Virus record (IMG/VR): IMGVR_UViG_3300037461_000299
Coordinates: 1 to 42,285 of that record
Strand: one strand, 5' to 3'
Source of the DNA: a virus
Lineage: Duplodnaviria; Caudoviricetes
DNA: 42,285 bases
The translations under genes were made by a program, and so were the position numbers. The notes beneath the pieces were generated by a model, which was not told the DNA's origin, made no database searches, and saw nothing but the letters and a program-made list of their open reading frames with translations. Positions 26,684-35,749 of this stretch are shown in pieces. How positions within the stretch are numbered: position 1 is the first letter of the stretch; every line of letters starts with the position of its first letter.

Positions 26684-28112
26684 TCTGATTTACAAACATA
26701 TTATCCGAATCTGTCTTCACTGAATCCGTTAAAACTGTCACCTCTGAATCAGCGTAACCATTCACTTTCTTTACCAGTTCAGAAGTAAGCAAAGATTTGA
26801 GATATGAAGCACCTGTCATATCTTTGAATAACGTCTCTAGCCTTTGTCTTACTACTCCGGTTGCTGATATTAATTTCTTTACTCCAGTTGAACTTGTGTA
26901 GTAGTTTCTTGATGTTGCGTAACTTAAATCCTTTACGCCTTCAAACGAAAGATACTCCTTGCCTCCTACCAGACCATCAAACTCAAGAACAGTCCTGTCA
27001 GCCAAACAACCCGTATCAACACTTATTGTTATTGTCTCAGAATAGTTCTCATAAGGACTATCAGGGTTCTCTAAGTAAAGTCTTAAAGAAGAAGTAACCG
27101 AAGCCATTAACTCACCAACATTGAGAATTATAACTCCCCATCCCTCATAACACTCCACATCACCAATAAAACCAAAAGCTGCACTGTCCTTTGAAGTGTA
27201 TAGATGCTGTGATATGATCTCACTAAAAAAACATAGATGATATTCCCCGGGTGATTGAGTAAAGAACTTACATATTGTATTTCTTAAAGTCTTATTTGCA
27301 AAGAGTGAAGTAGAGTCATGTAAGACATATTCAACAAATGAAGTACCATCGCCAACGGCCGGCACGTACCTATGAACATCAGTTGAAGAAGAAGCCCCTG
27401 CGGTTGTTACTCCTGCATTCTCATAAACCTCTGTAAACTTAATAAAATAAGGTGCAAGCGGATTCCCTACTGTTGTTCTGTTTGTAGTTATTTCATACAT
27501 GAAGAACGTCCCGGAGAAGTCAAAGTCCCCATTATAACGGCCTACATTCAGGTTAATAGTTCCTGTAACAGTAGGCATTAATAGATAACTGACATTATTC
27601 GCAAAGTAAATAGAATCATTTTGAGTTAATTCAGCATTCGCACCAAGATAAAAATAAGGCTGCGTCCCTCCTGCGAGTGCGTAACCTGTTACCTTAAGAA
27701 GATAAATCTTCCCTGCTGTCACTGAAATATCATTTGTTTTTACATAAGTAGCATCAGCAGAAGACTCATAAGCCCTTGTTATTTCATTTGTCGAAGTGGT
27801 AAGAACATCACAAGTACCGACATCAGCGGCCCATCCGGTTATCAGGTTAGACCCGATTGATCCTGTCTTTATATAATCCCCAGAGTCCTTTGCAAACTTA
27901 AGTCCTGGAGTCAATGACTTGAGTATGTCTGCAAAATCAAAGTCTGCTATTCCCTTTGGTTTTTCTACTACTGCCTTTACAATTCCCTCATGGTACACAT
28001 CAGCCCTCACCCTTAGATTAACATGAGTAGAATCTTCCACTAAGGAGGTAGTAACATTAAAAGCAGCTAAGTTACTTATTGCAGATGGAACACTATTTTT
28101 TGTTAAACTCAT
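26667..28112 (-). CDS. tail structural protein (distal tail-like) with probable inserted beta-sandwich
   Basis: FDFADILKS N-terminus, F.GL.GG.EYLSF and YLKSLLTSE.V C-terminus. Confidence 0.6.
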   Translation of the reverse strand: MSLTKNSVPSAISNLAAFNVTTSLVEDSTHVNLRVRADVYHEGIVKAVVEKPKGIADFDFADILKSLTPGLKFAKDSGDYIKTGSIGSNLITGWAADVGTCDVLTTSTNEITRAYESSADATYVKTNDISVTAGKIYLLKVTGYALAGGTQPYFYLGANAELTQNDSIYFANNVSYLLMPTVTGTINLNVGRYNGDFDFSGTFFMYEITTNRTTVGNPLAPYFIKFTEVYENAGVTTAGASSSTDVHRYVPAVGDGTSFVEYVLHDSTSLFANKTLRNTICKFFTQSPGEYHLCFFSEIISQHLYTSKDSAAFGFIGDVECYEGWGVIILNVGELMASVTSSLRLYLENPDSPYENYSETITISVDTGCLADRTVLEFDGLVGGKEYLSFEGVKDLSYATSRNYYTSSTGVKKLISATGVVRQRLETLFKDMTGASYLKSLLTSELVKKVNGYADSEVTVLTDSVKTDSDNMFVNQIEIEY

Positions 28113-28644
28113 TGAACAATGTTGTTAAATTCTTAATCATGTAATCTTCAGAGTAATTCTCAAATGCTTTCTCTACTCCAGGCAAAGATTCTTTCGCTGC
28201 CTCATCAGCCCATTTAGTACCCTGTCCGTTTGTTCTTATCGGCATACCTACTTGTTTTTGCTTTTCAGCAATTGCAAAGGCTATTGACTTCGCTTTTCCT
28301 ATATCGCTGATCATCATTCTCTTTTTAACGTAAGAGATCAGCCCGTCAATATAAAGCGAATGGCCTGCACCCGATCCTCTCCGGTATGGTATTCTGGAAG
28401 CCGGCACTCCAGAGTTGAGATATGCCCCGTACTTATAACCAAGATAATCTACTATGATAGAACCTTGATCAAGTGTTACCTCTGATGAAAGATCACTGAT
28501 TAACTTACCTGTTAATTTATGACCCTGTGCCTCAAACGACTCTGCCAGTGCTTTAATAATGATCTTATCAACCTCGTCAAGAAACTGAGACAGCTCACCA
28601 CTTTTGATGTTAGCGGTAAAGGTTGATAGTGTTTGTTCAGCCAT
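28093..28644 (-). CDS. tail completion/neck protein
   Basis: QGHKLTGKL, YG.YLN.GV, SIAFAIA.KQK..G. Confidence 0.65.
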   Translation of the reverse strand: MAEQTLSTFTANIKSGELSQFLDEVDKIIIKALAESFEAQGHKLTGKLISDLSSEVTLDQGSIIVDYLGYKYGAYLNSGVPASRIPYRRGSGAGHSLYIDGLISYVKKRMMISDIGKAKSIAFAIAEKQKQVGMPIRTNGQGTKWADEAAKESLPGVEKAFENYSEDYMIKNLTTLFNEFNKK

Positions 28645-29074
28645 TGCAGTAAAGTGTTAACTCTAGATCAAAGGAAACTCCTATCTCACTTCCCGGCATA
28701 AGTCCTAAATCAAATAACTCATTTGGCATATCATTGAAGTTATCAATACTTATATAGTTAGTTGCGTTCAAAGCTACCAGGTAATCCCGAAAGAAAGTCC
28801 TTAATTCATCCCATTTCTCCTCAATGGTTAGTATCTCATTCGCACCCCTGCGATCATAGAGGCCAAGAATATAAGCCTTAATAGTTACCTTCTCTGTCTG
28901 CTGTAAGGAGTTAACCCACTGTAGCCGGCTCTTATAAGTTGCCAGATCAAAGAAAACGTAAGGATATTTGAGAGAAAGCTCTTTAGCGACTACCTCTGAA
29001 CGGTCAAAGAACACATCTCCGATCCCGGAGGTGCCGACCTCTTTTAATTGCGACTTAAGATAATCTAACTTCAT
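28637..29074 (-). CDS. tail terminator-like protein
   Basis: Size, YPYVFFD motif and C-terminal GVSFDLEL...C. Confidence 0.55.
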   Translation of the reverse strand: MKLDYLKSQLKEVGTSGIGDVFFDRSEVVAKELSLKYPYVFFDLATYKSRLQWVNSLQQTEKVTIKAYILGLYDRRGANEILTIEEKWDELRTFFRDYLVALNATNYISIDNFNDMPNELFDLGLMPGSEIGVSFDLELTLYCNG

Positions 29075-29201
29075 CTCTTTTGTTTTCGTAAAACTTAATC
29101 CTGTTCATTATGTATTGTCTTCCCTGCTCATTCAGTTCCCTTCCGCAAAGACTCTCAAGAATCATTCTTAACTCTCTTATTATCCTATCGTACAAGTCCA
29201 T
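29055..29201 (-). CDS. 48-aa hypothetical protein
   Basis: MDLYDRIIRELRMILESLCGRELNEQGRQYIMNRIKFYENKRDEVRLS*; fills the gap. Confidence 0.5.
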   Translation of the reverse strand: MDLYDRIIRELRMILESLCGRELNEQGRQYIMNRIKFYENKRDEVRLS

Positions 29202-29446
29202 CTCTAAACTCCGCTTGTGATCTTAAGTAAGAAAGCACATCAAAAAACTCCCATAACCCGGTCTGTTCAACCTCTTTCACCGTTCCAAGTAACCCGACTG
29301 TTGCAACTTCATAAATCAACCCTCTGACTCTGAATGTTCCAATACCTGATTTTGATGCTGCTTCAACAACTTCTGCACGACCTCTCTTGAATATATTTGG
29401 ATACCTTCCCCTAATTGCCACCCAAGTATTACTATGCAAAAAAAAA
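29185..29446 (-). CDS. -1 frameshift extension (gpT-like) of the tail assembly chaperone
   Basis: -1 frame relative to 29316..30056, entered at the T9 run. Confidence 0.7.
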
Positions 29447-30056
29447 CCTCCCATACCACTGACATAGGAAGTTCTTTAAACGTTTCGGTTCTTTGGATTA
29501 CTAACTCATCAGAATGTACCTCGCCTTTCTTACGGAGATAAACAGCGCATATCTGAGCCATTGCATCAATCCCTTTTTCAGCCCATTCATTAAGAGCAAT
29601 CTCAATATCGGAAGCCTCGGAAAATGTCATTATCTTCTCGCCTGTCATCGGAAAGCCTCTCAGACTCTCCGGCAAGAAAAACTCCTCACCATCAAGAGTG
29701 AATGACCTCGCCCCTACCGGGTCATACTGTGGAAAACTTGAGACAGTTGATATTGCAAACTTAAGAAGGTACTCATTAAAGAGTTTATCCCTTACCGACC
29801 ATTCAATACAGTCGATCACCTTTTGAGGTACATCTGAAAGTATCTTAATGACCTTGCCATAATACGAAGGGTAAATCTTTATGATCTCTCTATGAGTGTC
29901 CTCTGGTGCTTCTTTGTCTTCAATATAGGCCCTCCACCGTTCCCTTAGCTTATTAGGCACAGGAAGCGAGCAAAGCTCTCCAAATTGTTTCAAGGTAATA
30001 TCTGACCAATCATCGGCGAGCTTGTAAGACGAACCTTGTATATCGACAGTAAGCAT
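29316..30056 (-). CDS. tail assembly chaperone (gpG-like)
   Basis: WSDITLKQF...ICAVYLRK.GE...R.E.FKELPM......FF followed by the slippery site. Confidence 0.7.
   Translation of the reverse strand: MLTVDIQGSSYKLADDWSDITLKQFGELCSLPVPNKLRERWRAYIEDKEAPEDTHREIIKIYPSYYGKVIKILSDVPQKVIDCIEWSVRDKLFNEYLLKFAISTVSSFPQYDPVGARSFTLDGEEFFLPESLRGFPMTGEKIMTFSEASDIEIALNEWAEKGIDAMAQICAVYLRKKGEVHSDELVIQRTETFKELPMSVVWEVFFCIVILGWQLGEGIQIYSREVVQKLLKQHQNQVLEHSESEG
29438..29446 (-). other. programmed -1 frameshift slippery site (T9, contains T TTT TTT)
   Basis: GAG GTT TTT TTT TGC; the -1 frame stays open to 29185. Confidence 0.75.
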
Positions 30057-30304
30057 TAAAGATGTTTTGCTATGTTCGCATAAATCTTATACCTTTGGAT
30101 CACCACCTGGAGACCCTGTACCAAGCCAATCAGTTCAGCCTCATTCTCTGAACGTACTACTCCCGGACGTTTCTCTATCCTTCTTAAATTCATTTCCTTG
30201 TCGACATCTGCCCTTAGTGCTACCACTAATTCGTAAATGTCGAGATTTGAAAACCGCCTTACTTTCTTTGTAGCTTCTTTTACTTCTTTAACTTCCTTTG
30301 CCAT
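30056..30304 (-). CDS. hypothetical protein
   Basis: Tightly packed ORF. Confidence 0.7.
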   Translation of the reverse strand: MAKEVKEVKEATKKVRRFSNLDIYELVVALRADVDKEMNLRRIEKRPGVVRSENEAELIGLVQGLQVVIQRYKIYANIAKHL

Positions 30305-30305
30305 T

Positions 30306-30569
30306 TCAATTTAAATTAGTTATTATTGACTTCTCATCCACCTTCTTAGTATGTTCTATTGACAGACTGTTCATCCTGTCTCCAATGTACTGGAGAATCT
30401 TCTTTGAGACAATGTAGTTATACGGCATCAGGATGAAACAACGGAACTCCTCATCGCACATTGAGGTTAAATCGTTCATCTGTATTACCATTCTACCGTC
30501 TTTAATCGGAGGTACTAACGTCTTTAAACGAGGGTACTTGTCAAATGCCTGAGTTAAATTTGTTATCAT
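30306..30569 (-). CDS. hypothetical protein
   Basis: ATGA-coupled to TerL. Confidence 0.65.
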   Translation of the reverse strand: MITNLTQAFDKYPRLKTLVPPIKDGRMVIQMNDLTSMCDEEFRCFILMPYNYIVSKKILQYIGDRMNSLSIEHTKKVDEKSIITNLN

Positions 30570-32035
30570 GCTATTGCTTTAAATCCAAAAACTGATTTCT
30601 CATTACCAAGTGATTCTCTCACTAATGCCATTACCAGAGTATCTACTGCCTCATCATGCTTACCTACAGGGAAAGTAGTCAACTCATAAAGAAAGTCATC
30701 TAACCATCCCGCACCCTGTAACAGATGAACCCTGCCAGACTCTACCATCGGCACAACTACATTTGCTCTGACTATCTTGTCTGAAGAAGGGTTTTTTGCT
30801 GCACTTACGTTTAGTTTAGTCTCCTGCTTTAACATCTGGATAAGGCTTAATCCTGAGGCTTTAGGCTCAATCTTTATAGAGCTGGCTTCTGTATATCCGT
30901 TCTTCTGTGCAAACTGTTTAACGGCCTCAATAAGCCCCGGCATCTCCTTTCTTACAGTTAGCCAATCCTTGACATACATCTGATCATTGTACCAAGCGTA
31001 ACATAACATTCCTGTAGGGTCATTACTCTTCTTCTCTGTATAGGCTGTATCAATTCTGAAGTGCCAAGTTATCTTCTCAAACTTATCAGTTGCCCTCTTT
31101 ATGAGGTCTTCCATTTGATAGTAATTGAACCATGACTTTTTAAATACTGATCCCTCGTCCGGGGCTGGGTTCTGCTGGTAAAGAGAATTATAAACTCTTA
31201 CCGACATTCTTTTTACGCTTAATACCTTTTCAACATTATGTCTCTCCGGCCATAGTGCTTCCCCGTCCGGTCTGTGATCCCATTCATTCGGTAATCCTTC
31301 TTTGATAGCAGGGAAGACAACGACTTCCCATTTCTGACCTCCGTTTTTCATCTCCTCTAAAAGCCTTCCTGCAAGATCGTCCATGTGCCAACGGGTCATG
31401 ATAAGAATAACCTTTGAGTTATTATGTAAACGAGTAGAGAGAACATTCATGTACCAATCCCAAACCCTTTCCCGGTAAGTCTCCGAATAAGCCTCAATAG
31501 CATCCTTCACAGGGTCATCTATTAAAGCAATATCACAGGCAGTCCCGGTAAGCGACCCACATACTCCTGTTGACTTATAAAACCCTCCAAAACCAACTGT
31601 TTCAAATACATCAGCATTGCGTAAGAACCCCATCTTACTGTCAACCCGTACATTTGAATTATTCAGGAATGTTTCAGGAAAGAACCTGTGATAAGTCCTG
31701 CTGTCAATTATCCTTTGAATGTCTCTTGAGAACGATTGTGCCAGGTCTGCTGAATAACTTGAACCTACTATCTTTAACTTTGGACTCCTGCCTAAACACC
31801 AAGCCGGAAACATACGACTTGCTAAAGTAGATTTACCATGCTGCGGAGGCACGAATAACATAAGCATTTTTATCCTACCTTCATAAACATCCTGGAGTTT
31901 ATCTGCAATGACTTTATGAAACCAAGTATAAATATGATCCTGTGGAGATAATGACCGGACAAAGGAAAAGAAGTCACGTTCAGCCATAATGCTTTCCGCT
32001 TTCCTTGCTGCCCTCAAAGTCATCTCGTCAATCAT
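30566..32035 (-). CDS. terL: terminase large subunit
   Basis: Walker A VPPQHGKS, Walker B IDDPVKD, MTRWH.DDL.G, YQQNP, nuclease DTA...HDEAVD. Confidence 0.95.
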   Translation of the reverse strand: MIDEMTLRAARKAESIMAERDFFSFVRSLSPQDHIYTWFHKVIADKLQDVYEGRIKMLMLFVPPQHGKSTLASRMFPAWCLGRSPKLKIVGSSYSADLAQSFSRDIQRIIDSRTYHRFFPETFLNNSNVRVDSKMGFLRNADVFETVGFGGFYKSTGVCGSLTGTACDIALIDDPVKDAIEAYSETYRERVWDWYMNVLSTRLHNNSKVILIMTRWHMDDLAGRLLEEMKNGGQKWEVVVFPAIKEGLPNEWDHRPDGEALWPERHNVEKVLSVKRMSVRVYNSLYQQNPAPDEGSVFKKSWFNYYQMEDLIKRATDKFEKITWHFRIDTAYTEKKSNDPTGMLCYAWYNDQMYVKDWLTVRKEMPGLIEAVKQFAQKNGYTEASSIKIEPKASGLSLIQMLKQETKLNVSAAKNPSSDKIVRANVVVPMVESGRVHLLQGAGWLDDFLYELTTFPVGKHDEAVDTLVMALVRESLGNEKSVFGFKAIA

Positions 32036-32469
32036 TCTCTTATCTTTCTGCTTAGTTCAGCGAATTGCGTTAATTCTGCTTCTGTGAGTTTTGATATATC
32101 AGGACCGTCATCAATACGTGCATCAACTGCTACCTGTTGCCTGTCAGTCCACCCATAATTAGACTTCAGATTGACTATTGCAGTGGCTTCTTTTATCTTT
32201 CCTTTTTTACTGTTATAAAAACAGTTAGCTTCTAAGTTGCTAAGTATTTGATTGTGTATTAATTGTAGGGACGGGAATTTTTCAGACAAATAACTGAATA
32301 TCTCTTTATATGTCTTCAGTTCCCTGGTTATCTCTCCTATAAAATCATATTCCCTATCTAGCGACATTTCATAAGCCTTACTCATAAAAGCAAGTGATTC
32401 TGCTTCAGTCCACTTTTCAGCATTAGTATTGCCGGTCATGGATTCGCTTATCTTCTCGTTCTTTGTCAT
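32032..32469 (-). CDS. terS: terminase small subunit
   Basis: Directly upstream of terL; GN.NAEKWT...AIVNLKSNYGW.D pattern. Confidence 0.8.
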   Translation of the reverse strand: MTKNEKISESMTGNTNAEKWTEAESLAFMSKAYEMSLDREYDFIGEITRELKTYKEIFSYLSEKFPSLQLIHNQILSNLEANCFYNSKKGKIKEATAIVNLKSNYGWTDRQQVAVDARIDDGPDISKLTEAELTQFAELSRKIRE

Positions 32470-32546
32470 AGTTTAAACCTCATCTTACTGATCAGATAAA
32501 TAACCAGTATTACTAATATTACTACTATTGCGATTAGTATTTTCAA
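32466..32546 (-). CDS. 26-aa TM peptide (TTG start)
   Basis: MKILIAIVVILVILVIYLISKMRFKL*; stop overlaps the terS ATG. Confidence 0.45.
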   Translation of the reverse strand: MKILIAIVVILVILVIYLISKMRFKL

Positions 32547-32653
32547 TTCAAACAGATTTCGTTTATCGGGAACTTCATTCTCATTATCTTTCGATGGCAC
32601 AATTTGAACTTAATGTTTCGCCAGACTCTTAATATTGCTTCTTCAGTCATCAT
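32543..32653 (-). CDS. 36-aa basic peptide
   Basis: MMTEEAILRVWRNIKFKLCHRKIMRMKFPINEICLN*; overlaps both neighbours. Confidence 0.4.
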   Translation of the reverse strand: MMTEEAILRVWRNIKFKLCHRKIMRMKFPINEICLN

Positions 32654-32723
32654 GTTTTGTCACTAGATAAACGACATACAGGAGTATTAATATACATAAT
32701 ATGAATATATATTGAAATTCCAT
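32643..32723 (-). CDS. 26-aa TM peptide, first ORF of the late operon
   Basis: MEFQYIFILCILILLYVVYLVTKHDD*; ATG 4 nt after the -7 box. Confidence 0.45.
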   Translation of the reverse strand: MEFQYIFILCILILLYVVYLVTKHDD

Positions 32724-32726
32724 TTG

Positions 32727-32739
32727 ACAAAATTAAACC
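32727..32739 (-). promoter_or_regulatory. -7 promoter box for the terminase/tail operon (GGTTTAATTTTGT)
   Basis: TAnnTTTG in the AT-rich divergent region. Confidence 0.6.
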
Positions 32740-32770
32740 TTTTATATTGAATAAAAAAATAAATTTTCGT

Positions 32771-32802
32771 TCCGTTCGTCACCAAAAAAGGCATGTTCGT
32801 CA
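32771..32802 (+). promoter_or_regulatory. direct-repeat operator GTTCGTCA x2, 21-bp period (LytTR-like)
   Basis: TCCGTTCGTCA and ATGTTCGTCA; resembles the AlgR box ACCGTTCGTC. Confidence 0.5.
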
Positions 32803-32824
32803 AATTATTTCATTATTTGTACAT

Positions 32825-32860
32825 TTTGTATTGTTTATACAATTAATATTATTATCTTTG
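32825..32860 (+). promoter_or_regulatory. early promoter (TTG ... TATCTTTG)
   Basis: -7 box at 32853..32860, TTG 19 nt upstream. Confidence 0.65.
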
Positions 32861-32880
32861 TTTTCATAACATTTAAACCT

Positions 32881-33081
32881 ATGGCAAAGAATAAGAAAGA
32901 AAAAACTAGCAGAGTAATAACCATATCCAAACAGGATAACTGGTTATTTAAAGAGTACGTTATCGAACTCGAGAAAACCGGCTGTACTAAAAACCCCTCA
33001 GAGATTGCTTCTGACTGTTTCGCTTTTGGACTTTATGAGTCTTCAAAACTTCTTAGATATGCTAACGAAAAAAACGAGTAG
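32881..33081 (+). CDS. small DNA-binding protein candidate (ribbon-helix-helix-like)
   Basis: First early gene; basic N-terminus, strand-helix-helix pattern. Confidence 0.45.
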   Translation: MAKNKKEKTSRVITISKQDNWLFKEYVIELEKTGCTKNPSEIASDCFAFGLYESSKLLRYANEKNE

Positions 33082-33083
33082 TT

Positions 33084-33461
33084 ATGATATCTATAATTTA
33101 TAAAGGCATTACATTTAATGAGCCTATTCAGCCTAAGGATGATCATTCAAAATATCATGGCAGAACTTCTTACCATACATTAAATGGATCATTAAAAAGA
33201 CAACCATGCGAAATTTGCGGTGATATTAAGACTCATGGTCATCACGAAGATTATGAAAATGGTAAAATAAGATGGTTATGTTGTCAACATCATTTTATTC
33301 TCCATAGACTTTTTACTAAAGCTCGTAATATAATAACAATACAAGATAAAATGAAATTAAACCCTGACTCTGAATTTCTTAATTTATTTGTAGATGATTT
33401 TAAAACATTTGCAAATAAATATTCACTTATGAATATAAAAATAATCAACCATGAGAACTGA
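33084..33461 (+). CDS. HNH-like protein
   Basis: PCEICG.....HHEDY.....RWLC..HH..LH. Confidence 0.7.
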   Translation: MISIIYKGITFNEPIQPKDDHSKYHGRTSYHTLNGSLKRQPCEICGDIKTHGHHEDYENGKIRWLCCQHHFILHRLFTKARNIITIQDKMKLNPDSEFLNLFVDDFKTFANKYSLMNIKIINHEN

Positions 33462-33627
33462 AATTGTAACCAAAGTAGTAAACGGTGTGACGGTTTATTC
33501 TGTTTACATTCATTACGGATGGGTAAAGAGGTTAATCCTCGGTTATCCTTCTAAATTTGTCGATTGCTTTCCTAATTATGCTGCTGCACTCGGATGTGCT
33601 AAATCTTTAAACCTACCAATAATATGA
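33451..33627 (+). CDS. 58-aa hypothetical protein
   Basis: MRTEIVTKVVNGVTVYSVY...NLPII*; fills the gap. Confidence 0.6.
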   Translation: MRTEIVTKVVNGVTVYSVYIHYGWVKRLILGYPSKFVDCFPNYAAALGCAKSLNLPII

Positions 33628-33719
33628 AAACTATTTATTATCTACAACCGGAACCCTTCGATAAATTCTTAGTCGGAGCTGAAGTAATAGAATTGTTAAA
33701 ACTATACTGTAAAAATTAA
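33624..33719 (+). CDS. 31-aa hypothetical peptide
   Basis: MKTIYYLQPEPFDKFLVGAEVIELLKLYCKN*; ATGA-coupled. Confidence 0.5.
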   Translation: MKTIYYLQPEPFDKFLVGAEVIELLKLYCKN

Positions 33720-33723
33720 GATC

Positions 33724-33981
33724 ATGAAAATCGAATTTAACCAGCTTGGAGACATTGAATCCTTTTATCAAGGAATGTCTGAAAATTATGACTCTGATCT
33801 TAACGATAGAAAAGAGGATGTTAAAGTATGTGATATGTGTGATGGTACAGGCTTTGACGAAACTATCTCTGACTGTTGTGGAGCAAGAAGAGACCCTGAT
33901 GTCGGATTATGTTATGAGTGTCACGACCATTGTGACCCTTCTCCTTGCCCTGATTGTGACGGAACTGGAATCATTAAATAA
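33724..33981 (+). CDS. acidic Cys-rich zinc-finger protein (DnaJ-type CxxCxGxG motifs)
   Basis: CDMCDGTG, SDCCGA, CYECHDHC, CPDCDGTG. Confidence 0.75.
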   Translation: MKIEFNQLGDIESFYQGMSENYDSDLNDRKEDVKVCDMCDGTGFDETISDCCGARRDPDVGLCYECHDHCDPSPCPDCDGTGIIK

Positions 33982-33990
33982 AAACCCATT

Positions 33991-34185
33991 ATGACTATTA
34001 CATTAATTCAAACCAAAGAAACAGACGGAGACTGGTATAAAGTCAAAGTCGATGATTACACAAAAGCCTGTATAGGAATCTATCCTGGCAGAGAAGAAAC
34101 AGCTTATTTGCGTGCGCTTGAAATCTTTACTTTCTTAGTAGAAAATAAAGGAGAAGCAAAGGTTATAAAATCTTTAGACGTTTAA
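33991..34185 (+). CDS. hypothetical protein
   Basis: ORF in the early operon. Confidence 0.65.
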   Translation: MTITLIQTKETDGDWYKVKVDDYTKACIGIYPGREETAYLRALEIFTFLVENKGEAKVIKSLDV

Positions 34186-34187
34186 TT

Positions 34188-34868
34188 ATGGCAACATTAC
34201 CCGCATTAAAAGACTTGTACGATGGTGACCTGACTCTGAAACAGGGCCAGAATGAACTCAACATTTTACTGAATCAACCCCCTAAACCGGAATGGATAAA
34301 GAACCATCCCTTTGCTTCCGGTGTGAAATACATCCCTATCGAAAGGATTGAATACCTTATGACCAGACTCTTTATCAAGTGGAGATTAGAGGTAAAACAA
34401 ATCCAGGTTATCGCTAATTCATGCGTTGTTACCGTCAGATTGCACTATCAGAATATCGAAGATAACGAGTGGAGCTGGCAGGATGGTATCGGAGCTGCAC
34501 CAATACAGACCGAAAAAGGAGAGGGCGCAATGGACTGGAATAAAGTCAGGGCCGACTCTGTTATGAAATCTGCACCGGCTGCTGAATCATACGCTTTTAA
34601 AGATGCTGCCGAAAAGATCGGAAAAATCTTTGGTAAGGACATGAACCGTAAGGATGAAGTTATCTATGACTCTCTTATTGGTGCTATACCTGAAGATAAA
34701 ATCACCCTTTCACAACTTGGATGGGCTGAGGAGCTTGTACGAAAGTCCACAATCGAGGATCACCGTAAAGATGAGGCTTATGCTGAACTTGCCCGGCAAG
34801 ACCTTACAATGGCAGAATTCAGGGCAATAACAAATAAACTTTTAGACTCACAACCAAAAACTTATTAA
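34188..34868 (+). CDS. Rad52/Sak-like single-strand annealing protein
   Basis: YIPIERIEYLM..LF..W...VTVRL...DGIGA...A.S.A.KDAAEKIG.IFG.D.NRK. Confidence 0.8.
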   Translation: MATLPALKDLYDGDLTLKQGQNELNILLNQPPKPEWIKNHPFASGVKYIPIERIEYLMTRLFIKWRLEVKQIQVIANSCVVTVRLHYQNIEDNEWSWQDGIGAAPIQTEKGEGAMDWNKVRADSVMKSAPAAESYAFKDAAEKIGKIFGKDMNRKDEVIYDSLIGAIPEDKITLSQLGWAEELVRKSTIEDHRKDEAYAELARQDLTMAEFRAITNKLLDSQPKTY

Positions 34869-34869
34869 A

Positions 34870-35169
34870 ATGGGAAAACTAATCACAGCAAAAATTGATG
34901 TCACCAAGATTGATAAGTCAAGACTTTTCAAAGGTGAGAAAGGGACATACCTGGATTTAACAATCTGGCAGAATGACAAGCCGGATCAGTACGGTAATGA
35001 CTTCTCTATTGAACAAAGGACTGCCAAAGGAGAGGATAAAATTTATATCGGTAACGGCAAATTCTTCCAGAAAAAAACAGAAACTCCTCCAGAGTCAAAT
35101 GGTGAATGGCAGAAAGGCGAAAAGCGGAACGTACCTTCAATGAGTGATCCCGATGATTTAGGATTCTGA
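34870..35169 (+). CDS. single-stranded DNA-binding protein
   Basis: IDVTKIDK...KG.KG.YL, DQYGND, IGNGK, acidic DDLGF tail; next to the annealase. Confidence 0.75.
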   Translation: MGKLITAKIDVTKIDKSRLFKGEKGTYLDLTIWQNDKPDQYGNDFSIEQRTAKGEDKIYIGNGKFFQKKTETPPESNGEWQKGEKRNVPSMSDPDDLGF

Positions 35170-35609
35170 TGAACAAAATCAGTTACATAGCGATCAAAGA
35201 GGATAACAAGCCTTTCAGGGTGGTGAATGCAAACCTATTAAAACAGGAATGTAATTCACTTCCCCGGGGTCGCTACCGTTTAACCATTGAGAGATACCGG
35301 AGTAATAAATCAAATTCACAACTTGGTTATCTCTTTGCAGGGGTGTACCCGCTTGTTTTAAAAGCCCTTAATGATGCCGGATGGGAATTTACTTCTATTG
35401 ATGAAGTTGACGAATATTGCAAGTCAATGTTTTCAAGTAAAGAGATCATCAACCGGCATTCTGGAGAGATCATGGATATTCCAGGACTCAAAAGAGAGAT
35501 GACCACAACGGAAATGATGACTTATGTCGATGCGATCCGGGACTGGGCTTCTGAATATCTTAATGTAATAATCCCTGAACCTGAAACAAACTTAAAAATA
35601 AAACTATGA
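35169..35609 (+). CDS. NinB-like protein
   Basis: S.SQ..YL..GV, MTT.EM..YVD.IR.WA..YL...IPEP. Confidence 0.65.
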   Translation: MNKISYIAIKEDNKPFRVVNANLLKQECNSLPRGRYRLTIERYRSNKSNSQLGYLFAGVYPLVLKALNDAGWEFTSIDEVDEYCKSMFSSKEIINRHSGEIMDIPGLKREMTTTEMMTYVDAIRDWASEYLNVIIPEPETNLKIKL

Positions 35610-35749
35610 AATCCTTATGCGATGACTGCGACCATGATGATTGCGCTGCCTGTCCTTATGACCTTGATGCTTTCGAGAATGAATTTGGACCAGAACAACT
35701 TGACCCGGATTTGAAAATATTTAAACCTGTTGATGATGAGGAAAACTAA
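35606..35749 (+). CDS. 47-aa acidic Cys-rich peptide
   Basis: MKSLCDDCDHDDCAACPYDLDAFENEFG...DDEEN*; ATGA-coupled. Confidence 0.6.
   Translation: MKSLCDDCDHDDCAACPYDLDAFENEFGPEQLDPDLKIFKPVDDEEN

Noticed and set aside
4997-31830. Short + strand ORFs antisense to late genes (e.g. 4997..5392, 21638..21997, 23902..24162, 31570..31830)
   Set aside because: Largely or fully overlap well-supported genes and lack motifs or start signals; only 21903..22340 is accepted.
33746-33994. 82-aa alternative-frame ORF over the zinc-finger gene
   Set aside because: No recognisable motif, while the Cys-rich frame has clear ones; unlike the methylase case nothing supports dual coding.
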